64,000 nucleotides of DNA from an uncultured delta proteobacterium. Lineage in GTDB: Bacteria; Desulfobacterota; Desulfomonilia; UBA1062. The position numbers were made by a program, and so were the translations under genes. This document shows positions 47,589 through 58,938 of this stretch, in pieces. The notes beneath the pieces are model-generated. The model ran no database searches, was not told the origin of the DNA, and saw only the letters and a list, made by a program, of their open reading frames with translations. Position 1 is the stretch's first letter; each line of letters opens with the position of its first letter. The stretch is from the NCBI GenBank assembly GCA_963752595.1, contig CAVVYZ010000023.1, positions 1-64,000 on the forward strand, written 5' to 3'.

Positions 47589-48149
47589 ATGCAATATTCC
47601 ACAGCACAGTTTCGGAAGGGTTTAAAGATCGAGATAGACGGCGAGCCTTTTGTCATCACCGAGTTCCAGCATGTAAAACCGGGCAAAGGCGGGGCGTTCG
47701 TCCGGACCAAGTTCAAGAGCCTGATAACCGGCAACGTTCTGGACAAGACATTCCGGTCCGGAGAAAAGGTCGATGTTCCCGACCTCGAGGAAAGGAAGAT
47801 GTCCTTTCTTTATAAGGATGATAACGGCTACTGCTTTATGGATACGGAAACATACGATCAGATGACGCTCAATGAAGATCATATAGGGGATGCCCTCGGT
47901 TACCTGAAAGAAAATGTCGAAACCAAGGTTCTGCTCCATAACGGGAAACCCATCGGTGTGGAAGTTCCCATGTTCATGGAGCTGGAAATCATAGAGACAG
48001 ACCCGGGCGTTAAGGGAAATACCGTTTCAGGCGGATCAAAACCTGCCAAGCTCGAGACAGGGGTCGTCATTCAGGTCCCGCTCTTTGTGAATACAGGCGA
48101 AATCGTGAAGGTCGATACCAGAACTGGTGAATATATCGAGAGAGTGTAA
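47589..48149 (+). CDS. efp: Elongation factor P
   Basis: HVKPGKGGAF, VPLF, VDTRTGEY. Confidence 0.97.
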   Translation: MQYSTAQFRKGLKIEIDGEPFVITEFQHVKPGKGGAFVRTKFKSLITGNVLDKTFRSGEKVDVPDLEERKMSFLYKDDNGYCFMDTETYDQMTLNEDHIGDALGYLKENVETKVLLHNGKPIGVEVPMFMELEIIETDPGVKGNTVSGGSKPAKLETGVVIQVPLFVNTGEIVKVDTRTGEYIERV

Positions 48150-48155
48150 GCACGA

Positions 48156-48569
48156 ATGAATATAAAGATCGTGAAAGACCTTATCGAGCTGATCAAGGGC
48201 ACGGATGTCATCGAGCTGGAATGGACCCCTGAACGCATTCATATCATCCGAAGAAGCCAGCCGGCGGATACAGTTGCTTCACGAACCTATGATAACGACA
48301 GATCCAAGGTGGCGGTAAAGGATAAGCATACCGTCACCGTCACCTCTCCTCTGGTGGGTACCTTCTACCGGTCTCCTTCTCCGGAGACGCCGCCCTATAT
48401 CCACGTGGGAGACAGGGTGAATAAAAACCAGGTCCTGTGCGTGATAGAAGCCATGAAGCTCATGAATGAGATCGAATCACATGTGGACGGCATCGTAACG
48501 GCCATACTGAAACAGGATGGGGACAGAGTAGGATATGGAGACCAGCTCTTTATCATAGAAGAGCTATGA
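48156..48569 (+). CDS. accB: Biotin carboxyl carrier protein
   Basis: SPLVGTFYRSPSP, IEAMKLMNEI. Confidence 0.93.
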   Translation: MNIKIVKDLIELIKGTDVIELEWTPERIHIIRRSQPADTVASRTYDNDRSKVAVKDKHTVTVTSPLVGTFYRSPSPETPPYIHVGDRVNKNQVLCVIEAMKLMNEIESHVDGIVTAILKQDGDRVGYGDQLFIIEEL

Positions 48570-49291
48570 TCTCATGGAAGTTTCAGCAGGATGGAAGGTG
48601 TCGGCCACAGGACACCATGGCAAAGGATCTCGATCTCTTTGAATCAGTAAGGACAGGATCTGCTGCAGGTGTTTTCCGGGTGTATGATTGGGCCGAGCCT
48701 GCCGTCACCATCGGATTTCATCAGAAGACATTCTCTTTTCATGATCCATCACTTTCACTCCCCCTGTTGAAACGTCCCACCGGCGGTGGTGCAGTTCTGC
48801 ATAACCATGACATCACCTTCAGCATGAGCCTGGGATCCGACGGTGTGCTTCCTTCCCCGATACCTGAATGTTCGCAGCGCATTTCCGGCGTCTTTGCGAA
48901 GGCGTTTCAAGACTGCGGGCTGAATGTGCGGCTGCAGGGGGGCAGGCATGAGTTCGCCGAGGTATGCTTTGCCAGACCGTCACCGGTTGAGCTCATGCTG
49001 TCGGGATCGAAAATCCTGGGACTGGCCCTGCTGCGGAAAGGGAAATACCTTCTTGCTCAGGGCGTTATCCCGCTGCATGTCGATGAGGATCTCTCGATGA
49101 GGGTGTTCGGTGATCGGCTGAAGGAAAATCCCAAGGGTATTCTTGACCTTGCTCCCGGTTTTTCAGTTGAAGCATTTACAGAAATCCTGCGCAGCTGCTT
49201 TTTTTCTGAGCTGGGCGTTTTTCTTTCTGACGGCGACGAAGATTATCATCAGTGCCATGACGCTGATGACGGCAAAGTAAAAACGCGGTGA
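48566..49291 (+). CDS. Lipoate-protein ligase / octanoyltransferase family protein
   Basis: RVYDW, TIG, KRPTGGGAVLH, CFA, G-KILG. Confidence 0.85.
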   Translation: MISWKFQQDGRCRPQDTMAKDLDLFESVRTGSAAGVFRVYDWAEPAVTIGFHQKTFSFHDPSLSLPLLKRPTGGGAVLHNHDITFSMSLGSDGVLPSPIPECSQRISGVFAKAFQDCGLNVRLQGGRHEFAEVCFARPSPVELMLSGSKILGLALLRKGKYLLAQGVIPLHVDEDLSMRVFGDRLKENPKGILDLAPGFSVEAFTEILRSCFFSELGVFLSDGDEDYHQCHDADDGKVKTR

Positions 49292-49885
49292 CATAAACTT
49301 TGTCATGAACATATGCCCGATCATGGAAAACAAGGCAATGCCCGGAACGATCCCCAATACCGTCGCCTTCATGAAATCTCTCCAGCAGACACCCGAAGCT
49401 GCAGCTGCCGTATTGATGGCGGTAAACGGGATGAAGGTCAGAAACTGAAGGGCCAGAACAATGGGGTAGCCGTTCTTCTGAATCGCGGTCTTCACTTTAT
49501 GCGATTTCTTGCTTTGCCCCCAGGTTTCATCGATGCCCAGAGATTTTACCAGAAAATACGCTATGTTTGCATTCAGAAGACAACCGATATAGGACAAGGC
49601 CATACCGAGCGGTGCGCCGTAGGCTGAAGAACCTGCCATGACAATCAGGCTGAGCGGTGCGGCAAGAGGCATGGTGGCGACCATCATGATAAAGAGGATC
49701 GCGCCGGATATCCCGATTTTCTGAAGGGTCAGGCGGAAGTAGAGCCAGTCATTCAGGGGATAGATATCGATGACACTGAAGAAGCCCAGGAGGGAAAAAA
49801 ATCCGATGACCAGGAAAATTGAAAGACTTGCACATTTTCCTGCCTGGGCTGGTGTATCATCAACGATTTCTTCAACATAATCCAT
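49163..49885 (-). CDS. TVP38/DedA family membrane protein
   Basis: Hydrophobic helices, FIPFTAINTAAA, FMKATVLGIVPG. Confidence 0.8.
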   Translation of the reverse strand: MDYVEEIVDDTPAQAGKCASLSIFLVIGFFSLLGFFSVIDIYPLNDWLYFRLTLQKIGISGAILFIMMVATMPLAAPLSLIVMAGSSAYGAPLGMALSYIGCLLNANIAYFLVKSLGIDETWGQSKKSHKVKTAIQKNGYPIVLALQFLTFIPFTAINTAAAASGVCWRDFMKATVLGIVPGIALFSMIGHMFMTKFMSPRFYFAVISVMALMIIFVAVRKKNAQLRKKAAAQDFCKCFN

Positions 49886-50083
49886 CTGTCTTCCCCCGGG
49901 TACAGTCTGGTAACATTAAAATCATCGGCAGGATAAAGGGTTACATAAGGAGATCACAATATCGTATCCTGGTTGAATATCATTACACGCAAAGCAAAGG
50001 TTAGCTGGATTTATTTTGGAAATTTATGCTATTATAAAGTGATTACTATTATTTATTCGTTTTCTTGTGAAGATGGAGGAACT

Positions 50084-52213
50084 ATGGGAGAAAACCCTGT
50101 CAGCGCCCTGATGAACCCGTCAACCATCGCTGTTGTGGGCGCAAGCAACAATCTGACCACCATGGGCACCATTCAATGCATGAATCTCCTTACCAGCGGT
50201 TTTCCGGGAGAGGTCCTGCCCGTTCATCCAAAGGATACAACCGTCCTGGGCAGAAAGGCATATCCTTCCATAACCGATCTGCCGTATGCGCCGGACCTGG
50301 CGGTACTTGTCGTACCCACCAGGCTTGTTCCCGGCATGCTTGAAGAGCTCGGTAAACTCGGAACTCGTTCCGTTATCATCGTATCTGCAGGTTTCCGGGA
50401 AACCGGCGAGGAAGGCAAAGCGCTGGAAGCAACCATTCTGGAGACCGCTGAAAGGTACGGAATGCGTTTTCTTGGACCGAACTGTCTCGGGATTATCAAT
50501 ACCCATCTTCCGCTGAATCTCACCGTGGGGCCGATACTCGATTATAACGGTAAGCTTGGCCTTGCTTCCCAGAGCGGAACCTACATTGCACAGGTGGTCT
50601 CCTATCTCCACAGGAACGGCATTGCCATAAGCAAGGCCATCAGCGTCGGCAATGAGGTGAACATAGACTTGACGGACTGTCTTGAATATCTCGGCGGAGA
50701 TGAAGCCACCAGGGCCATCGGGCTCTATATCGAGGGGATAAGGGATGTCGGGCGGTTTCTGGAAGTGGCCGGCAGGGTAAGCAGGATCAAGCCTATTGTT
50801 GCGCAATATGTCGGAGGGTCCAAGGCCGGGGCGAAATCCAGCGCCAGTCATACCGGAGCCATGGCAGGTCCGCTGCATCTGTACGAAGCGCTGTTCGATC
50901 AGGCCGGCATAATCGGTGTGGATTCCATAGAAGATGTCTATAAAATCGGCTGGTCTTTTGCGACCCAACCGCGATTAAAGGGAAAAAGGATAGCGGTTCT
51001 GACAAACTCCGGCGGTCCGGGGACCGGCATGGCAAACACCCTTGACAGGTGCGGGCTGGACATCCCTGAGTTTTCTCCGGACCTGCAGAAAAAGATCTGT
51101 GCACACCTTCCTCCCCATGCCAGCGGTCGAAATCCCGTCGATCTCACCTTCCATGTGGATATGAAAGGGCTTACAGAAGAGATCCCCAGGCTGCTTTTCG
51201 CATCTGATGAAGTCGATGGGATCATCATCCATGGGATCATGGACACAGGATTCATGGAGCTTTTATACCCTGCGGTGAGCACGTTTATGGATATCACGAA
51301 AGAGCAGCTGGTTTCTTTTGCAAAGACCAGTATTGATCCCCTGGCTGAAATGCCCTGCACATACGGGAAACCGTTGCTGATTTCATCTTTTTTCGATAGT
51401 AAGCTCGATAACTGCGTCCGGTCATTTCACCGGAAGCAGGTTCCTGTTTTCGATTCACCGGAAAAGGCAGCCAGGGCAATGGCGTCTTTGCATGCGTATG
51501 AAACATTCATTAACAGAAACGGAGGTGTCCGGAAATTGAATCCGGAAAAACTCCCGAAGCTGCAGTTCATTTTTAATTCCTTTGCACAGCAAAATCGATG
51601 AGTTTCAGGCAAGAAATTTCTCCAGGCATACGGTATCCCGATCACCCAGGAGATGACGGCATTCAGCATTGATGACGCAAAAGAAAAGGCGGATATTATC
51701 GGTTATCCGGTGGTGCTCAAGGGATGCTCTGCAGAGATAAGCCACAAAACCGAACACGGTCTGGTTTATCTGAACCTTGCAAATGAACAAGAACTCGCGA
51801 TAGCATATCAGGCGTGAAGAGAAAGGGATGATACTTCGCCTGTTCTTATTGCGGAAATGGTCAAGGCTGACAGGGAATTTATCATCGGCATGAGCCGCTT
51901 ACCCCGGCTTTCCTCCAAGTATCATATTTGGAATGGGAGGTGTCTTTGCAGAAGCCATAAATGATTTTTCCGTGCGTTTTGCACCACTTTCCCGGTCAGA
52001 TGCCTATGAAATGATGGAACAGTCTCAGATCAAAGGCACTGTTGAAGGACTACCGGGGCATGATCCCTGTCAGGAGAGAGGAAATTGCGGATATTCTTGA
52101 TGGCGATCAGTGATATTTCCCTGCATTTTCCCATGATTCGGGAAATCGATCTCAATCCTGTCATGGTGATGAATGGCAAGCCGAAAGTTGCTGATGCACT
52201 GATGGTGCTTTAA
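50084..52213 (+). CDS. ADP-forming acyl-CoA synthetase (CoA-binding plus ATP-grasp domains; frameshifted)
   Basis: IAVVGAS, GPNCLG, SQSG, ASHTGA, TNSGG, NPVD; downstream HKTE and EIDLNP. Confidence 0.9.
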
Positions 52214-52233
52214 ATAAGAATAAGGAGAAAAAA

Positions 52234-52629
52234 ATGCAGCAGAAGATTAGAGAGATGATGGCGATTTATGATGAAAAGAACAGGATGCCCTGTGCAGTTG
52301 CTCATTATATTGCGGATGTTCTCAAGATCGACCCACTCCTGGTGGGAAAGGAAGCAACAGCAGCAGGGGTGCGGTCTGATCGGATGTCAGCTGGGTTTAT
52401 TCGGATATGGAAGGAAAGGAAAATCAGAGTATAAAATAACAGGAAGGAAGATCGAGAATCTAGATGAAATAATTGATGCCATCAAAAACCAGGCAGTGGA
52501 TGGAAAGATTGCCTGCGCCCTTTTATGGAAGATTGCAGACGATGCAGACATAATCCGGTGCGAGGCCGGTAACGCAGCTGACGCTCTCGGGTATGAAAAT
52601 ATCCCCCTGCCAGCTGGGAGCATTTCTAA
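52234..52629 (+). CDS. Small protein with two C...CQLGxF repeats (frameshifted)
   Basis: RMPCAVAH...GCQLGLF and KIACALLW...PCQLGAF. Confidence 0.75.
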
Positions 52630-52788
52630 CAACCGGGATATTTTGAACGAATTCCTGCAAGTCCATAAACTGAAAAGTAATTTGTTATTTTTCGGAAATT
52701 GTGATTGAAAGGGAAGAATGGCTCCTGTATTATTATAAAACTGAGCTGAAATAGATTTTATGTACACCCCTTTCATTCGGGAGGAAAT

Positions 52789-53404
52789 ATGCCGGTACGG
52801 ATTACCTGGCTTGGCCATGCTGGTGTTATGATCGAATCGGCCATTACCCTGTACATTGACCCCTGGAAGGTTGGACATTCATTGCCGAAAGCCGATATAA
52901 TTTGTGTAACACATGATCATTACGATCATTATTCTGAAAAAGATATCGAATCTCTTCGTGATTCCGGCACCAGGGTTATTGCCCCCATGCACACGTCATG
53001 ATCACGGATAACATAAGTACCGGCACATCGGTGACAATAAAGGGCATAACCATACAGGCTGTCCCTGCGTACAACGTGAACAAGGCATTCCATCCGAAAG
53101 AAAAAGGGTGGATAGGTTACATCCTGGATATTCAGGGAAAAAGGATCTATCACACCGGTGATACGGATAAAATCCCGGAAATGGCGGGGATTGATGTCGA
53201 CCTTGCTTTTCTTCCGGTGGGCGGCACGTACACGATGGATTCACAGGAAGCAGCGAGGCTGCCCATGATATGAAAACACGCATGGCCGTGCCCATCCATT
53301 ACGGAGACATTGTGGGATCGGAAAAGGATGCTGTACGGTTTTCAGAATTATGCCCGTGCACGGTCCGTATCCTCCATCCGGGTGAATCCATGGAATTACC
53401 ATAA
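52789..53404 (+). CDS. Metallo-beta-lactamase fold hydrolase (frameshifted)
   Basis: WLGHA, YIDP, THDHYDH, YHTGDT, LPVGG-YTM. Confidence 0.9.
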
Positions 53405-53408
53405 GCCG

Positions 53409-55340
53409 ATGGATATCAATGTAAATAATATCAAGAGTGTTTTTGAGTCTGCTCCTTTTGCCGTTTGCGCATTCGACAGAAGCGGAACGGTGATCTACGT
53501 AAACAAGCTGCTGGAATCCAATATAGAACCTTCCGTGCTGCCCTTTGTAGGTAAATCTCTCTATGAACTGGTGCATAAGTTCCTTGTGGATGAAAGGCTT
53601 GAAAAAAATCTGAAGCGCCTGATTGAAAAGAACAAACCTTTTTCAGTAGTTGTGAAACATTGAGTTCCCCACGGGTCCGTGCTTCAGGATTATAATATCA
53701 CCTTGGCTATAAAATGGATTCCCTTTGTGCTGGTGGCTGATTTCGTCAAGTGGAACCCTGGGAAGGGAAGGGAGATACCGGAAACTCATCGAGGATGCCC
53801 CGGACGCCATCGTCGTTCATCAATAGCCAGGATTCATTACCTTCGTGAATCCTGCCTTTCCAATGTCATAGAAGCACATTCCGATCAAGTGCTCGGCAAG
53901 CCCATATTCGACTTGGTGGACGATAAAGGGAAAGAAGACCTTTCGCCATTGAGAAGAAAATCTGCCAAACAGTTTTTTACCCAGATAACCATCCAGGCAA
54001 AAGATAAACAGAAGATCCTTGAGGGTAATTTTCAGTTCATTGAAGACAGGCCGGGCACATCCATTGCCATGCTGAGGGATGTGACGGAGAAAGTCCTTCT
54101 TCAGAAACGGCTTCTCAGGCAGAATCAGGATCTTTCCGCCGTGAACTTGATTTCGAAGACCCTCTCTTCATCGATCGAGCTCAAGGAGATCCTCCACAAT
54201 ACCCTTTCTCAGGTACTCCAGATCATGAATATCGAAACCGGCTGGATCTATCTCCTCGAAAAAGGGAAGAATATTCTGAGGTGCGCCTATTCCTACGGCA
54301 TTCCCGATGAGGTCGCCCAATCCATAAAAGAGCTCAAGCTGGGCGAAGGGATCGCCGGCAGGGTTGCCCAGAGCGGCATGCCCATCATTATCGAGAATGC
54401 GTCGATGGACTCCCGGATACAATCACTGGCTTTCAAGAAGTATGGGTTCAGGTCTTTCGCCTCTATTCCACTCCAGTCGAGCAGCCGTCTGATAGGTGTC
54501 ATGAACATCGGCTCCTTCGGCCAGCGCATCATATCACCTGATGATGAACGGCTGCTCATAACGATTGGGGTGCACATGGGAACGGTCATGGAAAATATCC
54601 TGTTGTTCCAGGAGATCTCCAAAACCACCGATGAACTCAAAGATGCCCTGAACCTCATCAGGCAGCGGAACGAGGAGCTGAGGACCCTGGTATCGACTGT
54701 TTCCCATGACCTGAAAAATCCCATCATTGCCATTAACGGGTTCTGTGAACGATTCATGAAGTCTGCCACGGCAAAACTCACTGAAAAAGAAAACCAGTAT
54801 ATCAGCGCCATCCATGAGAGCGGAAAGCACATGGAGCAATTCGTCACAAACCTCCTGACCCTGTCTGCCGTGGAAAACCTCAAGCTCAGGAAGGAAGAGT
54901 TTCCGGTCAAGGACATCGTCGATGATATATGCATGGAGATGGCGGCTCAGCTTGACGACAAGAAAGGCAAAATATCTCTGGACAGCGAATTGCCGGTGGT
55001 AAAGGCCGACAGGATAAGGGTAATGCAGGTCTTTTCCAATCTCATTTCAAATGCGATCAAATATGCAGACCCGAAAAAGGATCTTGTGATAAACATCGGA
55101 TATCAACCCCAGTCAAAAATGCATATTTTTTATGTACAGGATAATGGTATGGGTATTGCTGAAGAGCATGCGGAAAACATCTTCGATATCTTTTACCGTG
55201 CCTATGAAAACCATGCAGAAGGTACGGGAATAGGTCTGGCAATCGTGAAAAAAGCATTAAGCGTAATGGGTGGAGATATCTGGATTAAATCAAAAATTGG
55301 ACAGGGTTCGGTTTTCTATTTTTCCATTCCCATGGAATAA
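53409..55340 (+). CDS. PAS/GAF sensor histidine kinase (frameshifted N-terminus)
   Basis: VSHDLKNP, NLISNAIKY, DNGMGI, GTGIGL. Confidence 0.92.
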
Positions 55341-55379
55341 CCATACGCCCCCGTTTTACCAGTTTAATTGGATATACAT

Positions 55380-57013
55380 ATGGACAAGAATCAGAATATA
55401 TTATTGAAAATCATCTTATGCATCGCCGTTGCCGCCCTGTTCATCAACATAGGCGGAAAGGCCTTGTGGGATCCTGATGAAGCGAGATATGCGGAGATGG
55501 CACGTGAAGTCGTGGTGCTCAACGATTGGCTGACGCCGCATCTCAATTTTCTGCTCTATTTTGAAAAACCCATGATGTATGTCTGGATGGTGGCGGCGAG
55601 CTTCAAGGTATTCGGTGTAACGGAATGGGCTGCCCGGCTTGTTTCCCTCCTGTGCACCCTGGGAGGTGCCGCCCTGACAGGATATATGGCCTATAAACTG
55701 TGGGGACGGAGAGCAGGACTCATTTCCGCAATAATACTCCTGACCTCGCTTGAGTATTTACTCATGGCCAATATCGTTGATCTGAACATGGCCCTTACCT
55801 TGTTCATAACTGCAGCCATGGTTTTTTTCTGGCAGGGACAGCAGGAAAAGAAGGCACTCTGGTTTTATCTCTTCTGGATATCCATGGCGCTGGCGACATT
55901 GACCAAAGGGCCATAGGGATTGTCCTGCCTGCAGGAGCAATCGCCGTATATATTCTCATGACAAAGCAGTTCAACCTGATTAAGGAGTCCAGACCAATTT
56001 CGGGCATCCTGCTTTTCCTGCTCATTGCAGCTCCCTGGTTTCTGTATATGAGCATGAAGCATCCTGATTTTTTCTCTTTTTTCTTCATAAATCAGAACAT
56101 ACAACGGTTTGCGGTATCCGATGAGCATAACAAACCTTTTCATTATTTCTTCATGATCATCATCATGGGATTCCTTCCCTGGACTTTTCTGTTTCCTTTA
56201 TCGCTGAAAAAGATATGGGATAAGGGCATCTCGAAAGAGATCATCTACCTGGCCTGCTGGTTTCTGGTCATCCTCACCTTTTTCACCTTTTCCCGGTCAA
56301 AGCTGGGTACGTACGTGTTTCCCTGTTTTCCCCCGCTGGCCCTTTTCGTGGCAGATGTCCTGAGAGAAAAAAAAGAAGGATTGAGGATACCGCTTTACGC
56401 AGCAGGGATCCTGTGGATCTGTCTCGGCCTGGTATTACTGTTTTTCTCGGTACTGGTTTCAAACGGCATACTGAAGTTATCATCGTCCAATGCCTTGCCC
56501 CTCATGGATATCGGTCACTGGGGTGGCGCCATCATAACAATTGCTGCACTCACCGGCATCCTCCTGGGCAGAAGATACGGAACGGCCCTGGGGTTTGCCG
56601 TCCTGGGAACTGCACTCATCATAACCGTCAATGGGTTCTCTCATTATTGGGATGATATGGAGTCAACCAAACACCTGGTGAAGGATCTGCCGTCACAGGC
56701 GATCCTCTGCTCCTATAAGAGATATTATCAGAGTGCGAGCTTCTATGCTCAGAAACAGGTGATATTGGTGGATACTCTGGGAGAGCTGGAATTCGGTGTC
56801 CGGCACCATACCGGTTCCCCCATAACCATGACCCTGGACACCCTCAGCCGTCTCATGGAAACGGATAAAAAGGTCTACTGCATAACCTCGGTAAGACATC
56901 TGCCCTTTCTGCTGGCCAATATTCCCGATGCCGTTGTGACAAAACAGATCAAGGGATACGCGCTGCTGCATGTCCCTGAAAGCAAAGAACGATTTTACCA
57001 GCTGATCCAATGA
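55380..57013 (+). CDS. ArnT-like GT-C glycosyltransferase (frameshift near 55915)
   Basis: WDPDEARYAEMAREV, YFEKP, EWAARL, LTKGP, SKLGTY. Confidence 0.9.
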
Positions 57014-57041
57014 GTTTTATAACCCCCTGTGGTAATTCCAC

Positions 57042-57070
57042 TTGACACCCTCAGGGGTGGATTGTATAGA
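57042..57070 (+). promoter_or_regulatory. Sigma70 promoter of the tRNA
   Basis: TTGACA-17 nt-TATAGA. Confidence 0.6.
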
Positions 57071-57083
57071 TTCACCACGGTTC

Positions 57084-57155
57084 GGGCCGCTAGCTCAGCG
57101 GGAGAGCGCTGCCTTCACACGGCAGAAGTCACAGGTTCAAATCCTGTGCGGCCCA
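57084..57155 (+). tRNA. tRNA-Val (anticodon CAC)
   Basis: Acceptor GGGCCGC/GCGGCCC, D arm, anticodon arm CTGCC-TTCACAC-GGCAG, T arm ACAGG-TTCAAAT-CCTGT. Confidence 0.95.
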
Positions 57156-57196
57156 TACCTAACTCCTTAATATAATTGTCATATTTTAACTCAAAT

Positions 57197-57218
57197 ATGT
57201 TCGCGGAATGTTCGCGGG
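57197..57218 (+). repeat. Candidate integrase arm-type sites (left)
   Basis: atgttcgcgga-atgttcgcggg tandem, repeated at 63412. Confidence 0.75.
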
Positions 57219-57316
57219 GTTTTTCCAAACCTGTTTTCACTTGTTTATTTTTTTTCAAATATGCAAGATGCCTAAATAGATAATTGATTTTTTTTATTGT
57301 TTAAAAGGGATAATAT

Positions 57317-58108
57317 ATGCCACGTGATCAAATACTAAAAAGGGCTTTTGAAATAGCAGACGATGGTATGCAAGGTGCTGTTGGATATTTTTATTATGTT
57401 GTTGCTGCTCAAGGATTAGCGAAAGAGGAGAGAATAATAGACTACCTCCCAAAAGGATTGGCTAAACAAAGCGATGGAACACACAAGCCAGCATTCGTTA
57501 TGAATATGTTCCATCAATGGGTTCGATTTTATAATCCTTTAGAACTCATTCAAACAATGCATTCTGTTTTCATACCATACCACATTCGTACATGTTTGTT
57601 AGGTATAGTAAGCATCTTTGAGGGATATCTACGAAACACTACTGATCGCTTAGTTAAAAAAGGATTAATTCCTCGATTACCGGATACTTATAAACAGCGT
57701 CTAAAATGGGCGATCGACATTGTACTTACTTCAAACTATGGCGATTCGGAAATGCAAAAGAGATGTCCGAAATTATGTCTGGATTTAGACCATGCGAGAC
57801 GTATAAGGAATTTATGGATGCATAATAATGGCAATTTTAATAAACGGTATAAGAGGGATGCTTTAGCTATTGCCGGTCATGATGCGATAGTTGTACCGGC
57901 GTTCTTAAAATTTAAAAAATCTCCCAAAAGTAAAATTGCTTTTCCTATTGAAATGGCACTATTCGAAACAATTTCTTGTTCTCACATAGAGGCACTACAT
58001 CATATTAACCACATGCTACAGACACAACATTTCGGCCAGAAAAGGTCATATGGATATGCACGTGAAAATAAAAAAATCGAATGGGAACGCCTACTAACGG
58101 GAGTTTAA
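57317..58108 (+). CDS. HEPN-motif protein (candidate RNase)
   Basis: SIFEGYL N-terminal helix and RNLWMHNNG (RxxxxH). Confidence 0.65.
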   Translation: MPRDQILKRAFEIADDGMQGAVGYFYYVVAAQGLAKEERIIDYLPKGLAKQSDGTHKPAFVMNMFHQWVRFYNPLELIQTMHSVFIPYHIRTCLLGIVSIFEGYLRNTTDRLVKKGLIPRLPDTYKQRLKWAIDIVLTSNYGDSEMQKRCPKLCLDLDHARRIRNLWMHNNGNFNKRYKRDALAIAGHDAIVVPAFLKFKKSPKSKIAFPIEMALFETISCSHIEALHHINHMLQTQHFGQKRSYGYARENKKIEWERLLTGV

Positions 58109-58176
58109 GAGTTAAACGCTCAAGGCAATATTTTATTTTTCATATTTTTTAACATTCGCAGATCGGGTCTGAAACA

Positions 58177-58592
58177 TTATCGATATAACATTTCAATGCC
58201 TCTTTTGTCACAAACATCATATAAGTCAATTGTATTAAAACAGATAAAGCCATCAATAGATAATGACACATCTTCAAGCATTGATCTAATCACATGATCT
58301 ACCAAACTGTATGTTTTAGTTTGTTTTTCAAGCACAAATTCTAAAAGAGGTTCACGATAGCATTTATCTTCAATCAATATTGTTGAGGGTAAATCTAAGA
58401 AATGTTTAAATCTAACAACATCATGCTTTCTACGAACTAATCGAGTATGAATCGTCTCATAAAGGGTGGGCCAAGGGACGAGTAGTGAATGAACTTGTAT
58501 CTGTTCATCACCATAGCTTCAGAGTGAAAAGCATCTCTTTCATTGAATAAGGCGAACCAATAACCTGAATCAGCAAAAATATTTTTTGGCAT
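58177..58592 (-). CDS. PIN-domain (VapC-like) nuclease (frameshift near 58510)
   Basis: Hand translation MPKNIFADSGYWFALFNERDAFH...PWPTLYET...SLVD...FNTID. Confidence 0.8.
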
Positions 58593-58916
58593 TAGATATC
58601 ATCCTCTGATTCCGCGCCCCCATAACCTTTCCAAGGTGATGCCTTGCGTTTTCCAATGATAAATCTACCTTTATTGAGCCTCCGAAGATTTCCAAATAAT
58701 ATATATCCTATCTGATTTGGAAAAATTTACATTTTCTTCCAATTCTTGTCTTAATTTAATAGATATATCATCCTCATCATCTTTAAGTGCAGAATATTGA
58801 AATACTGCCAAACTACCACCACATTCCTTTGCATCGAGATTATCTAACCATTCATAAAGCCCCGCATAATCTCCCTTCACTCCAAGGTCATATGAAAGCC
58901 ATATAGTTTTTTTCAT
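58592..58916 (-). CDS. Small protein with Cas2/VapD-like N-terminus, coupled to the PIN gene
   Basis: MKKTIWLSYDLGVKGDYAGLYEWLD...GKRKASPWKGYG; TAATG stop/start overlap. Confidence 0.7.
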
Positions 58917-58938
58917 TTTCAAAAGTCCCTTCTGTTCT

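Noticed and set aside
58592-58916. CRISPR-Cas locus suggested by the Cas2-like motif
   Set aside because: No cas1, no effector genes and no repeat-spacer array seen in the window
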